This document shows, piece by piece, positions 50,118 to 58,458 of a stretch of 64,000 nt of DNA. Every line of letters begins with the position of its first letter. Position 1 is the stretch's first letter. The notes beneath the pieces are model-generated. The model was not told the DNA's origin, did not search any database, and saw only the letters and a program-made list of their open reading frames with translations. The DNA is from Candidatus Daviesbacteria bacterium (GTDB lineage Bacteria > Patescibacteriota > Microgenomatia > Daviesbacterales > UBA10151), in the NCBI GenBank assembly GCA_016432425.1, contig CP066688.1, forward strand, positions 276,368 through 340,367, in the 5' to 3' direction. The position numbers were made by a program, and so were the translations under genes.

Positions 50118-50426
50118 GTGGGCTTTAAAGATCAAGTTATTCAAATTATCAAACAAATTCCTGAAGGCAAAGTTACCACTTACGGCACTATTGCCACTTT
50201 AGCAGGTCTACCCAGAGGGGGAAGACTGGTGGGAGGAATTTTACATGCCAATTCAGAAAAATTAGATCTGCCCTGGCAACGGATTATTAATCGCCATGGT
50301 TTAATCTCTACCAAATGTTTAGAACATCCCAAGCCGCTACAGAAAAAATTATTAGAAGAAGAAGGAGTCGCTGTTTCAACTGATTTCATGGTAGACTTAA
50401 AAAAATATGGCTGGTGGGGTGAGTAA
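50118..50426 (+). CDS. Alkyltransferase-like (ATL/MGMT-family) DNA-binding protein
   Basis: IPEGKVTTYGTIA; PWQRI replaces the catalytic PCHRV motif. Confidence 0.88.
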   Translation: MGFKDQVIQIIKQIPEGKVTTYGTIATLAGLPRGGRLVGGILHANSEKLDLPWQRIINRHGLISTKCLEHPKPLQKKLLEEEGVAVSTDFMVDLKKYGWWGE

Positions 50427-50431
50427 ATAAA

Positions 50432-51100
50432 ATGAAAAATATTTGGGTGATCGCGAACTGGAAGAGTAACAAAACTATCTCTGAAGCTTTAGACTGGATT
50501 TCAATAGTGGGTCCTAACTTAGAAAAAAGAGATTATTTAAAAGTAGTTGTTTGCCCAACATTTACTGACATTGAAGAAGTCAAAAAAGCTATACAGGTGG
50601 GCAATTTTCCTTTAATTGTGGGCTCACAGGACCTTTCTCCATATGAGGCAGGAGCTTATACCGGAGAAGAAACAGCTGCCATTCTGCGCCAATTTGTGGA
50701 TCTGGCAATTTTGGGGCATTCCGAGCGGCGGCAAAATTTTAACGAGACCGATGACATGGTCGCCCGCAAAGTTGAGCAGGCCCTAGAGCACAACATTACT
50801 CCTCTGGTTTGTATCCAAAGTGACCACACCCCTATACCCAAAGGGACAAAATTGGTGGCATATGAGCCTGTTGAGGCCATCGGTACCGGACACCCTGACA
50901 GCCCTCAAGAAGCAGAGAGTGTCTCCCAAAAAATTAAAGCAGACCACCCTCAAGTAGAAATTTTATACGGAGGCAGTATCACCTCGGAAAACGCCAAAGC
51001 CTATATCTGCCGAGAAGACATTAGCGGCGTCTTAGTAGGAGAAGCTTCACTAGAAGGGGAGGAGTTTGTTAAAATAGTGAATGCATGTCTGATCCAGTAA
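50432..51100 (+). CDS. tpiA: Triosephosphate isomerase
   Basis: ANWK, GAYTGE, LGHSERR, AYEP and LYGGS motifs. Confidence 0.93.
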   Translation: MKNIWVIANWKSNKTISEALDWISIVGPNLEKRDYLKVVVCPTFTDIEEVKKAIQVGNFPLIVGSQDLSPYEAGAYTGEETAAILRQFVDLAILGHSERRQNFNETDDMVARKVEQALEHNITPLVCIQSDHTPIPKGTKLVAYEPVEAIGTGHPDSPQEAESVSQKIKADHPQVEILYGGSITSENAKAYICREDISGVLVGEASLEGEEFVKIVNACLIQ

Positions 51101-52308
51101 TCCCCTCTGCCAAAGTTAATACTAATTACCCTAACCGAAAAAAATCCCGGAGGGCGACTAGAAAGTTCATTCCCATCTTAAGTTTGATGGCAGTTATTTT
51201 TTTTGTGGCTTTCGCAGTCTCTATTCTTTTTGGACCTAGCAGCGTAGTAAACTATATCTTCCATAGTAGCACTTTAAAATCCACCAATGATCGGGTAAAT
51301 GTATTGCTTTTGGGAATTGCCGGTCAAAATCATGACGGACCCAATCTAACAGATACCATTGTGGTAGCTTCCTATCATTTAAAAACTAATCAACTAGATT
51401 TAATTTCCCTACCGCGAGATTTTTGGATTGACAGCATTAAGGGCAGGGCAAACTCTGTTTATGAAATGGGCTTAAATAGGGGGGCCGGTTTAAGCAGTGC
51501 CAAACAAGTAATTGGTAATGTCTTGGGTCTACCCATCCATTACGGCCTCAGAGTAGATTTTAATGGTTTTATCAAAGCTATTGACACTGTGGGCGGCATT
51601 GACTTATCTGTAGAAACTGAGTTTAATGATTATCACTATCCTCTGGCGGGCGAAGAAAATAATCTGTGTGATTTAACTTCCAACACAGTTGATTTATCAG
51701 CCGAGGAGGCCCAAAAATACCATCTCCAACCCGGCCCCCAACAGGTTTTTGTTAATATTGATGGCACTATTGCCACTGATACCGCTGATCCTAATAAGGA
51801 ATTAGTTTATTTCCGCTGTCGTTTTGAACATCTCCATTTTGACGCTGGCAGCCAACATATGGATGGGGCCACTGCTCTAAAATTTGTCCGTTCCCGCAAA
51901 GGCACTAATGGTGAAGGTTCAGATTTTGCCCGAGCCAAACGCCAACAAAAAGTCATCGAAGCAGCCCGCAATAAGGGATTGTCTCTTCAAACCCTCACTT
52001 CACCTGATAAAATCTCTACCCTAGCCTCTACTTTCGGACAAAGCCTAGATAGCGATATTCCCCTGACTGATCTGCCCAAATTTATCCCTCTGGTAAAAAA
52101 CTTGTCTAAAACTAATAATTTAGTATTGGACAACTCTGTTCAATTGGGGCTCTTAACTCAACCCAATCCGGCAGATTTTGGCGGAGCCTTTGTCTTAATT
52201 CCCAAGGCGGGGGTTAGTAATTATGATAATATACAAAGGTATATTAAAGATGCCCTGAATAAAAAACCGAATGAAAGTACTCCTGCTGCACGGACCGGCA
52301 CAAATTAG
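51085..52308 (+). CDS. LytR-CpsA-Psr (LCP) family protein
   Basis: NVLLLG, LTDTI, SLPRD, ALKFVRSR and SDFARAKRQQ motifs. Confidence 0.93.
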   Translation: MSDPVIPSAKVNTNYPNRKKSRRATRKFIPILSLMAVIFFVAFAVSILFGPSSVVNYIFHSSTLKSTNDRVNVLLLGIAGQNHDGPNLTDTIVVASYHLKTNQLDLISLPRDFWIDSIKGRANSVYEMGLNRGAGLSSAKQVIGNVLGLPIHYGLRVDFNGFIKAIDTVGGIDLSVETEFNDYHYPLAGEENNLCDLTSNTVDLSAEEAQKYHLQPGPQQVFVNIDGTIATDTADPNKELVYFRCRFEHLHFDAGSQHMDGATALKFVRSRKGTNGEGSDFARAKRQQKVIEAARNKGLSLQTLTSPDKISTLASTFGQSLDSDIPLTDLPKFIPLVKNLSKTNNLVLDNSVQLGLLTQPNPADFGGAFVLIPKAGVSNYDNIQRYIKDALNKKPNESTPAARTGTN

Positions 52309-52960
52309 TTCCCGCTCTAAACTTTTAAACTTAAAAAAAGATTTTGAGAGCTCTGGCATTGTTACCTTTCCCACCGGCTCAAATCTACCAGATATATTAG
52401 GAGCTATCTCCACCCCCTCACTGCTGTCAAATAACCAGCTTATTATCTTAGAAAATCCTCCCGAGGATTTAGTTTTTAACTCTTCCCTTTTCCCTGACCA
52501 CTTACCCAAAGGGGAGCTTCGCTCGTCACTAATTCTGTGGTTTGATCATGAAGTTTCGACCAAAAAACCTATTTTAGAAGAGGTCAAAAAAAATAAAGGG
52601 CAGATTCTGTTTTTTCCTGCTGAAAAAGAAGCCTCTATTTTCCCTTTTTTGGATCTTTTGGCCAGTCGTGACAAAAAAGCTTTTGTAGAAATTTCAAGGT
52701 TGCAAAAAACCCATGAAAAATTCTCCGACTTACAATATTTGATGACTATGATTTTTTATTTACTACGCACACTGCTGATAACACCAGCAAATGCTGCTCC
52801 TTTCGTCAGACAAAAATTAGACAAGCAGAGAAAAAATTTTTCCCAAGATGAGCTTAAAAATCTCTATAAATTTGTACTAGTTACTGATTTCAAAATCAAA
52901 AGCGGACTCTTGGATTTAAAACAAGCCGAGTTTTTACTAATAAACAAATTTGCCAGATAA
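52271..52960 (+). CDS. Shortened DNA polymerase III delta (HolA)-like protein
   Basis: LLLHG N-terminus, TPSLLS and C-terminal DFKIKSG resembling HolA. Confidence 0.65.
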   Translation: MKVLLLHGPAQISSRSKLLNLKKDFESSGIVTFPTGSNLPDILGAISTPSLLSNNQLIILENPPEDLVFNSSLFPDHLPKGELRSSLILWFDHEVSTKKPILEEVKKNKGQILFFPAEKEASIFPFLDLLASRDKKAFVEISRLQKTHEKFSDLQYLMTMIFYLLRTLLITPANAAPFVRQKLDKQRKNFSQDELKNLYKFVLVTDFKIKSGLLDLKQAEFLLINKFAR

Positions 52961-53890
52961 CTATTTTTGCTCGCTGATTTTTTGCGACATCAAGTCCAGA
53001 TCTTTTTTATCAACTACTCCATCAGAATTTAAATCTGCCCTTTTTTCCTTGGGATTTTTGCCTAAATTTTTTACCACTATGCCATAATCAGAAGCATTAA
53101 TAAATCTATCATTATTTAAATCAAATTTATCCAGATCAGAACTTTTGGAAGAGGATGCATTGGCTATGGAGGCTGTTAGGTCTAGTTGTTCCCCAATCTT
53201 AATTGAGGGCAAAGGCTTGCCGTCATCAGTTAAATTAAAAACCATCGTGGCTGACCCAGCTCCTGAGACAATACTCAGTTTGGCTGTTGTTTGTTTGCTG
53301 GGCTGGAAAACTCCCTGCAGATTAGTTTCTCTCATTTTGGCAATAGGGATAATAAAATTCCCAAAATCCTTAATTAAACCGGCTTGTACCAACGCCCCGG
53401 AAATAGCCAGATATGCCATGCCTTCTTTCAAAGGCCTGCCACTTTCTAAAACTGATCCCACAATGGGTTTAAAACCATTTTCTGTCAAACTGGCAGCAGC
53501 CGTCTGAAACTGGGCTACTTCAGCCTTATTTTTGCCGGAGACAATTCGATATTGATAAGCTGTTGCCGGAGAAAGATTGCGGACAGTGACTAAATGCATA
53601 AAATAAAGCTGAGGCACATTTTGATCCCGATCATCTAAAATTGTCTGCTCATTGTCACTTTTTTGTCCTATGGTCACAAAACCAGGTACAGCCGTATCAG
53701 TTTGCCAAGAAATGACCGCGCTCGTATCTTCAATATTGGAAACTGTAATATTTTTAGGTTGAGTTTCCGGAGTCGCTCTAACTGCCAGATATTGATTTTG
53801 CAGCACTAAATAAACTCCAGTGCCCAAACCTCCTAAAATAATAGCCAGCCCCAAAAGAGTGGGGATACGCAGTTTAGTTAAAATATTCAT
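52961..53890 (-). CDS. Surface protein with FN3-like and dockerin-like domains
   Basis: TM helix, ITVSNIEDTSAVISWQT, NLSPATAYQYRI, and paired DLNNDRFINASD / DLNSDGVVDKKD calcium-binding repeats. Confidence 0.8.
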   Translation of the reverse strand: MNILTKLRIPTLLGLAIILGGLGTGVYLVLQNQYLAVRATPETQPKNITVSNIEDTSAVISWQTDTAVPGFVTIGQKSDNEQTILDDRDQNVPQLYFMHLVTVRNLSPATAYQYRIVSGKNKAEVAQFQTAAASLTENGFKPIVGSVLESGRPLKEGMAYLAISGALVQAGLIKDFGNFIIPIAKMRETNLQGVFQPSKQTTAKLSIVSGAGSATMVFNLTDDGKPLPSIKIGEQLDLTASIANASSSKSSDLDKFDLNNDRFINASDYGIVVKNLGKNPKEKRADLNSDGVVDKKDLDLMSQKISEQK

Positions 53891-54066
53891 GGTTGCAAAA
53901 GTTGTATAGCAGACTGGTCAAAAGTAGGCTCCAAAGGCGCAGTGGCTTCTTGGATTGTCGGATCTATTGTGACCTGCGTTCTGGTGTGGATAATATCAAA
54001 AATTACCCAAGCCATAAAGGTCAAAAAAGTAATGACTACTAAAATTAAAATTTCTTTCCTGGCCAT
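53887..54066 (-). CDS. Unannotated 59-aa membrane protein after pilO
   Basis: MARKEILILVVITFLTFMAWVIFDIIH...; start 1 nt after the pilO stop and stop overlapping the next start. Confidence 0.75.
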   Translation of the reverse strand: MARKEILILVVITFLTFMAWVIFDIIHTRTQVTIDPTIQEATAPLEPTFDQSAIQLLQP

Positions 54067-54067
54067 A

Positions 54068-54667
54068 TTATTTTAGGAAAAACGCTTTACCCACTATCTG
54101 CATTAAGATACTAGAGCTTTCAGGGTTTTTATTCAAGGTTAAGCCTGTGACAGAAATTAAACGGGAGCTATTCTTTATCCCGTTTAAGGTATTAAGCAAA
54201 TTGTTATATGATCCCTCCAAGGTAAAAGTAAATTGGATTTCAGTTAAGTTTTTAGCAGACTCTGTCGCATTAGGAATACTAATGGGGTCAATTTGTAAGG
54301 CAGAAATTGAAGCCTGATTACTCAAGGCGTTTTGCTCCAGGGCAGCAATGACTGTTTTTAGGTTAGGTACGGGCGGGATAGTTGTATCAATTTTTTGCCT
54401 AATGGCAGGATCCAAACTTTGATAATTTTTTCTGGCTTCTGAAAGATCTTTAGATTTTTGGATAATTTGAGCTAAAACTTGTTTAGAATTTTCCAGATTT
54501 TTTTGTAAAACTAAAATTGTGCCAATAGTAGGTTTAATGGCAAACAAAATAAAAATAGCCACCACCACAATACTTAAGATTAACGATCCATAAGTTTTAA
54601 CAATCGGTGCCCGCAATATCGGGGCAATATAAGTAAAATAACGCGAGTAACGATGCTGATTGTTCAT
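54068..54667 (-). CDS. pilO: Type IV pilus assembly PilO-like protein
   Basis: TM helix, coiled coil and GSYNNLLNTL...SRLISV motif. Confidence 0.75.
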   Translation of the reverse strand: MNNQHRYSRYFTYIAPILRAPIVKTYGSLILSIVVVAIFILFAIKPTIGTILVLQKNLENSKQVLAQIIQKSKDLSEARKNYQSLDPAIRQKIDTTIPPVPNLKTVIAALEQNALSNQASISALQIDPISIPNATESAKNLTEIQFTFTLEGSYNNLLNTLNGIKNSSRLISVTGLTLNKNPESSSILMQIVGKAFFLK

Positions 54668-55248
54668 AACTCTAAATTCCCCTTGGTAGAAAAGTAGTAA
54701 TTACCAGTAATAGTAAAAACTACCACCCCCTGATTTAAGCCAATGCCCCCAATATTTAGATCTTTAAAACTGCGGTCAGTTTTTAGATTATTAAAAAAAA
54801 CAGTGATATCTCTATTGCTGGCAGATTGGCCGGTGATCTTGACTTCTGCAACTCCTACCTTGGAGCTTAGGTTGAGTACGGTTAATTTAACTGCGGGGGG
54901 CACTTGAGCAGATATTTGGTTTAAAATATTAACCAAATCAGCAGAGGCCAAACGAATATCTTTAACTGTCGAAAGCTGCAACTGAGTTCGTCTGACCAAA
55001 GCCTCATCTGAGCTCAAGCTTTGAACAAAAGGTAGTTGGGCCTCTACTTCTTCTTTGGTATTTTGTAGATCAGCATCAAATTTAAAACGCGACAAAAAAG
55101 CAATTAGCACAACCGCCTCCACCACAATAACAATGTAGCGCCCGGAGGAAAGTAACCAACGGATAAATTTGGCCAAAATTGGCTCCTTTGACCCCACAGG
55201 ATGAAGCAGGTTTAAGCGGATGGCAAAACCACCTTTTTTGTCGGGCAT
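54664..55248 (-). CDS. pilN: Type IV pilus assembly PilN-like protein
   Basis: IRLNLL N-terminal motif, TM helix, coiled coil and VPPAVKLT...ITGQS. Confidence 0.75.
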   Translation of the reverse strand: MPDKKGGFAIRLNLLHPVGSKEPILAKFIRWLLSSGRYIVIVVEAVVLIAFLSRFKFDADLQNTKEEVEAQLPFVQSLSSDEALVRRTQLQLSTVKDIRLASADLVNILNQISAQVPPAVKLTVLNLSSKVGVAEVKITGQSASNRDITVFFNNLKTDRSFKDLNIGGIGLNQGVVVFTITGNYYFSTKGNLEL

Positions 55249-55294
55249 AAGTCTATTATATATTAGTAATTAGGGGAAAGGGAGAAGGGAACAG

Positions 55295-55567
55295 TTATTT
55301 TCTCTTGGGTGAAACTGGTTTTGCAATCTTGATTGGAGGAGCTGATTTAGATAATCTGGATTTTAGACGAGCAGCTTTGTTGGGATGAATCAATTTGACT
55401 TTGGCGGCCTTATCCAGGGCGGAAAAAACTGCTTTAAGGGCCGCAGGAGTTTTGGTTTGCCTGGCTTTTTTAATTAAATTTTTAACATTGGCGGACCGCA
55501 CCCGGTTACGGGCGGTTCTGATTTTATCTTTTCTTAATTTTTTAATTGCTGATTGGATTATCGGCAT
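55295..55567 (-). CDS. rpsT: 30S ribosomal protein S20
   Basis: MPIIQSAIKKLR...LDKAAKVKLIHPNKAARLKSRL; start reassigned to 55567. Confidence 0.96.
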   Translation of the reverse strand: MPIIQSAIKKLRKDKIRTARNRVRSANVKNLIKKARQTKTPAALKAVFSALDKAAKVKLIHPNKAARLKSRLSKSAPPIKIAKPVSPKRK

Positions 55568-55617
55568 GTCAGGTATCTTAGCATGACTATGGACCAAGTT
55601 CAAGCTATAATTACCCC

Positions 55618-56622
55618 ATGGACTTAAAAATTATTAGACAGAAAAAAAATCAATATAACAAATTAGTAACCCATGTTATGCAAAGTTGGCAGTGGGGAGA
55701 GTTTAGAAAAAGTTTGGGCACCAAAATTTTAAAATATGGCCTGTATAATAAAAACCAATTAAAAACTGCCTTTCAGATAACTTTTCATAAAATTCCTCTC
55801 CTTAATCAATATGTTGGCTACCTGCCTAAAGGCCCCATGCCGGATAAAAATTTAGCCCAGGCTTTAAAAAAAATTGGCCAGGAAAACAATTGTGCATTTA
55901 TTAAAATAGAGCCTAATATTGAGCTGCCAGCTACCACCTACTATCTACCGTCTGATTTCCATAAATCGCCAAAACCCTTATTTACTAAATACAACTTTGT
56001 ATTGGATTTAACCAAATCGGAGGCAGAATTACTTCAAAACCTCCATCCAAAAACCAGATATAACATTAAAGTGGCCCAAAAACACGGAGTCAAAGTAGAA
56101 GAAAGATTCGATGATGAGGCGCTAGATATTTACTTAAGATTGTATTTTGAAACAACTAAACGTCAAAATTATCATGGCCACACCCCTACTTATCATCAGG
56201 CTGTTTGGGCCAAATTAAAAAAAGAAAAAATGGCTCGATTTCTAATTGCCTTTTACCAAAATGAACCCCTAACCGCCTGGATGTTAATTAATTTTCAGGA
56301 CACCCTGTATTACCCGTATGGCGGATCTTCCAAAGCTCACCCGGAAGTAATGGCCAATAATTTAGTTGCCTGGAAAGCTATCCTGTTGGGTAAAAGATTA
56401 AAGTTAAAAAATTTTGATATGTGGGGAGCATTAGGTCCTAATGCAAGCTTAAAAGACCCTTGGCATGGTTTCCATCGGTTTAAACAAGGATATGGAGGAA
56501 AGTTAGTTGAATATATCGGCACTTATGATTTAGTTTTTAACTGGCCAATATATTTAACATTCACTATTGTTGATAGATTAACTCCTTTAAAAGTTTTTCT
56601 GTTAAAACTGGTGAGAAAGTAA
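55618..56622 (+). CDS. FemAB/FemX-family peptidoglycan bridge aminoacyltransferase
   Basis: HVMQSWQWGEFR, YLPKGP, KTRYNIKVA and GFHRFKQGYGG motifs. Confidence 0.92.
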   Translation: MDLKIIRQKKNQYNKLVTHVMQSWQWGEFRKSLGTKILKYGLYNKNQLKTAFQITFHKIPLLNQYVGYLPKGPMPDKNLAQALKKIGQENNCAFIKIEPNIELPATTYYLPSDFHKSPKPLFTKYNFVLDLTKSEAELLQNLHPKTRYNIKVAQKHGVKVEERFDDEALDIYLRLYFETTKRQNYHGHTPTYHQAVWAKLKKEKMARFLIAFYQNEPLTAWMLINFQDTLYYPYGGSSKAHPEVMANNLVAWKAILLGKRLKLKNFDMWGALGPNASLKDPWHGFHRFKQGYGGKLVEYIGTYDLVFNWPIYLTFTIVDRLTPLKVFLLKLVRK

Positions 56623-57173
56623 TGGAAATTACACTGATAATCGTTGTGGGTATTCTATTTGGTTGCCTAATAGGCCTTTCCTGGTTTGCCGGATCTGATG
56701 CACCTTTCGTCCCCACTAAAACTAACCGCATAAAAAAAATATTAAAGTTAATACCTTTAAAAAATAAAGTTTTTTATGAGTTGGGATCTGGCGATGGCAG
56801 GGTGGTAATTGAGGCAGCCAAAATGGGGGCTCAGGCTTTTGGAATTGAACAGTCATTTTTAAGGATTTTGTATTCTAAATTTATTGCCTCCAGGTTACAA
56901 CTTAGCAATACCCACTTTATCCATGGAAATATTTTTAAACAAAATTTATCTGCTGCCCAGGTGGTTTTTATTTTTCTTTTACCTAAAGGGGTAGAAAAGC
57001 TGGAAAGTAAATTAAAAAAAGAATTAAAAAAGGGGTCATTAGTTATTACTCAAACTTTCCATTTTAAAAATTGGAAGCCATTAAAAAAGATTTTAATTAC
57101 CGACAAAAAAGAACCAAATACTTTTTTGGGGCCTAATAAAAAAGAAGGTGAATTTTACCTTTACCAACTTTAA
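56622..57173 (+). CDS. Membrane-anchored SAM-dependent methyltransferase
   Basis: APFVPT and YELGSGDGR motif I. Confidence 0.88.
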   Translation: MEITLIIVVGILFGCLIGLSWFAGSDAPFVPTKTNRIKKILKLIPLKNKVFYELGSGDGRVVIEAAKMGAQAFGIEQSFLRILYSKFIASRLQLSNTHFIHGNIFKQNLSAAQVVFIFLLPKGVEKLESKLKKELKKGSLVITQTFHFKNWKPLKKILITDKKEPNTFLGPNKKEGEFYLYQL

Positions 57174-57240
57174 GTAGTTGCCTGGTAATGTTTGGAAAAT
57201 AACACTTTTTTCAATATTTTGCCAATGGTATACTACACCA

Positions 57241-58419
57241 GTGAAACTTCTTCATTTTTCAGATATTCATATTGGAATGGAAAATTATGCTAAATTAGAT
57301 CCGGAGACTGGACTCTCCAGTAGACTGTTAGATTTTTTTAATACTTTTGATTTTATTGTTGATCTGGCAATTAAAGAAAATGTTGATGCCGTAGTTTTTG
57401 CTGGGGATGCCTACAAAACTAGAGATCCTAATCCTACCCAACAGCGAGGTTTTGGTGAAAGAATTAAAAAACTGGCCAAAGCGGGAATCCCCACTATATT
57501 AGTTGTGGGAAACCATGATACTCCTAATGCAGAGGGTAAAGCCAACACCTTGGATATTTATTCCGCACTGGAAATTGATCATGTTTGGGTCTCCCGGAAA
57601 CCAGAATATTTAAAAATTCCCACTAAATCAGGTACTCTGCAGGTTATTACCTTACCCTGGCTGCATAAAAATGACTATAAAACGGTTGGGGATAAACTAA
57701 AATCTTTGTATGATAAAATTACCTCCGAGAACTCTGCTATTTTTTTATCTCATGCTGAGGTGGAAGGGTCACAGTATGGCTCTGAAAAAGGAATGGCTAT
57801 CGGAACTGATGTGACCATCCCCTTACCGCTACTGCAGGATAAAAGATTAGATTACGTGGCTTTAGGCCATATTCACAAACACCAGGTTTTATCAAAACCA
57901 GGAGATAAACCCTTGGTAGTTTATTCCGGTTCACCAGAGCGAATTGATTTTGGAGAAGAAAAAGAAGAAAAAGGAATATGTCTAGTAGAGATAACGAGTA
58001 ACGAAAAACGAGAAACGACCTTTAAATTTATTCCCACCAGTGCCAGGATTTTTAGGACTATCAAAGTTTCCCTAAAACCAGATGACCCAGATCCCACCCG
58101 GACTGTTATTGCTGAAATTGAAAAACATAAGGTTAAAGACGCTATTGCCAGAATAATAGTTGATATCCCAGCTGATCTTGATAAAGAGATTAAAATGGAT
58201 CTAATCAAAAAAGCTCTTAAAGAAGCCAATTTCATTGCCGGAATTTCCCGCAATGTGGAAAGAAAAGAAAGGTCCGCCAGCTGGCGGATTGACGGCCAGG
58301 AGGAAGTGGAAAGATTAACCCCCATTGAAGCTTTAAAAAAATATTTTGCCGCTAAAAAAATTTCCCTTGAGAAACAAAAAGAACTAGAAAAATATGCTGC
58401 CCAGTTACTGGAATCCTGA
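57241..58419 (+). CDS. sbcD: Nuclease SbcD (Mre11-like)
   Basis: HFSDIHIG, AGD, GNHD, ALGHIH and YSGSPERIDFGE; GTG start at 57241. Confidence 0.94.
   Translation: MKLLHFSDIHIGMENYAKLDPETGLSSRLLDFFNTFDFIVDLAIKENVDAVVFAGDAYKTRDPNPTQQRGFGERIKKLAKAGIPTILVVGNHDTPNAEGKANTLDIYSALEIDHVWVSRKPEYLKIPTKSGTLQVITLPWLHKNDYKTVGDKLKSLYDKITSENSAIFLSHAEVEGSQYGSEKGMAIGTDVTIPLPLLQDKRLDYVALGHIHKHQVLSKPGDKPLVVYSGSPERIDFGEEKEEKGICLVEITSNEKRETTFKFIPTSARIFRTIKVSLKPDDPDPTRTVIAEIEKHKVKDAIARIIVDIPADLDKEIKMDLIKKALKEANFIAGISRNVERKERSASWRIDGQEEVERLTPIEALKKYFAAKKISLEKQKELEKYAAQLLES
58273..58288. repeat. Perfect 16-bp GC-rich palindrome in-frame in sbcD (SASWRI)
   Basis: tccgccagctggcgga inside an otherwise AT-rich gene. 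Confidence 0.7.
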
Positions 58420-58458
58420 TTGTCAAAAGATTAAGTTCCAATTATACTTGCATCGTCC

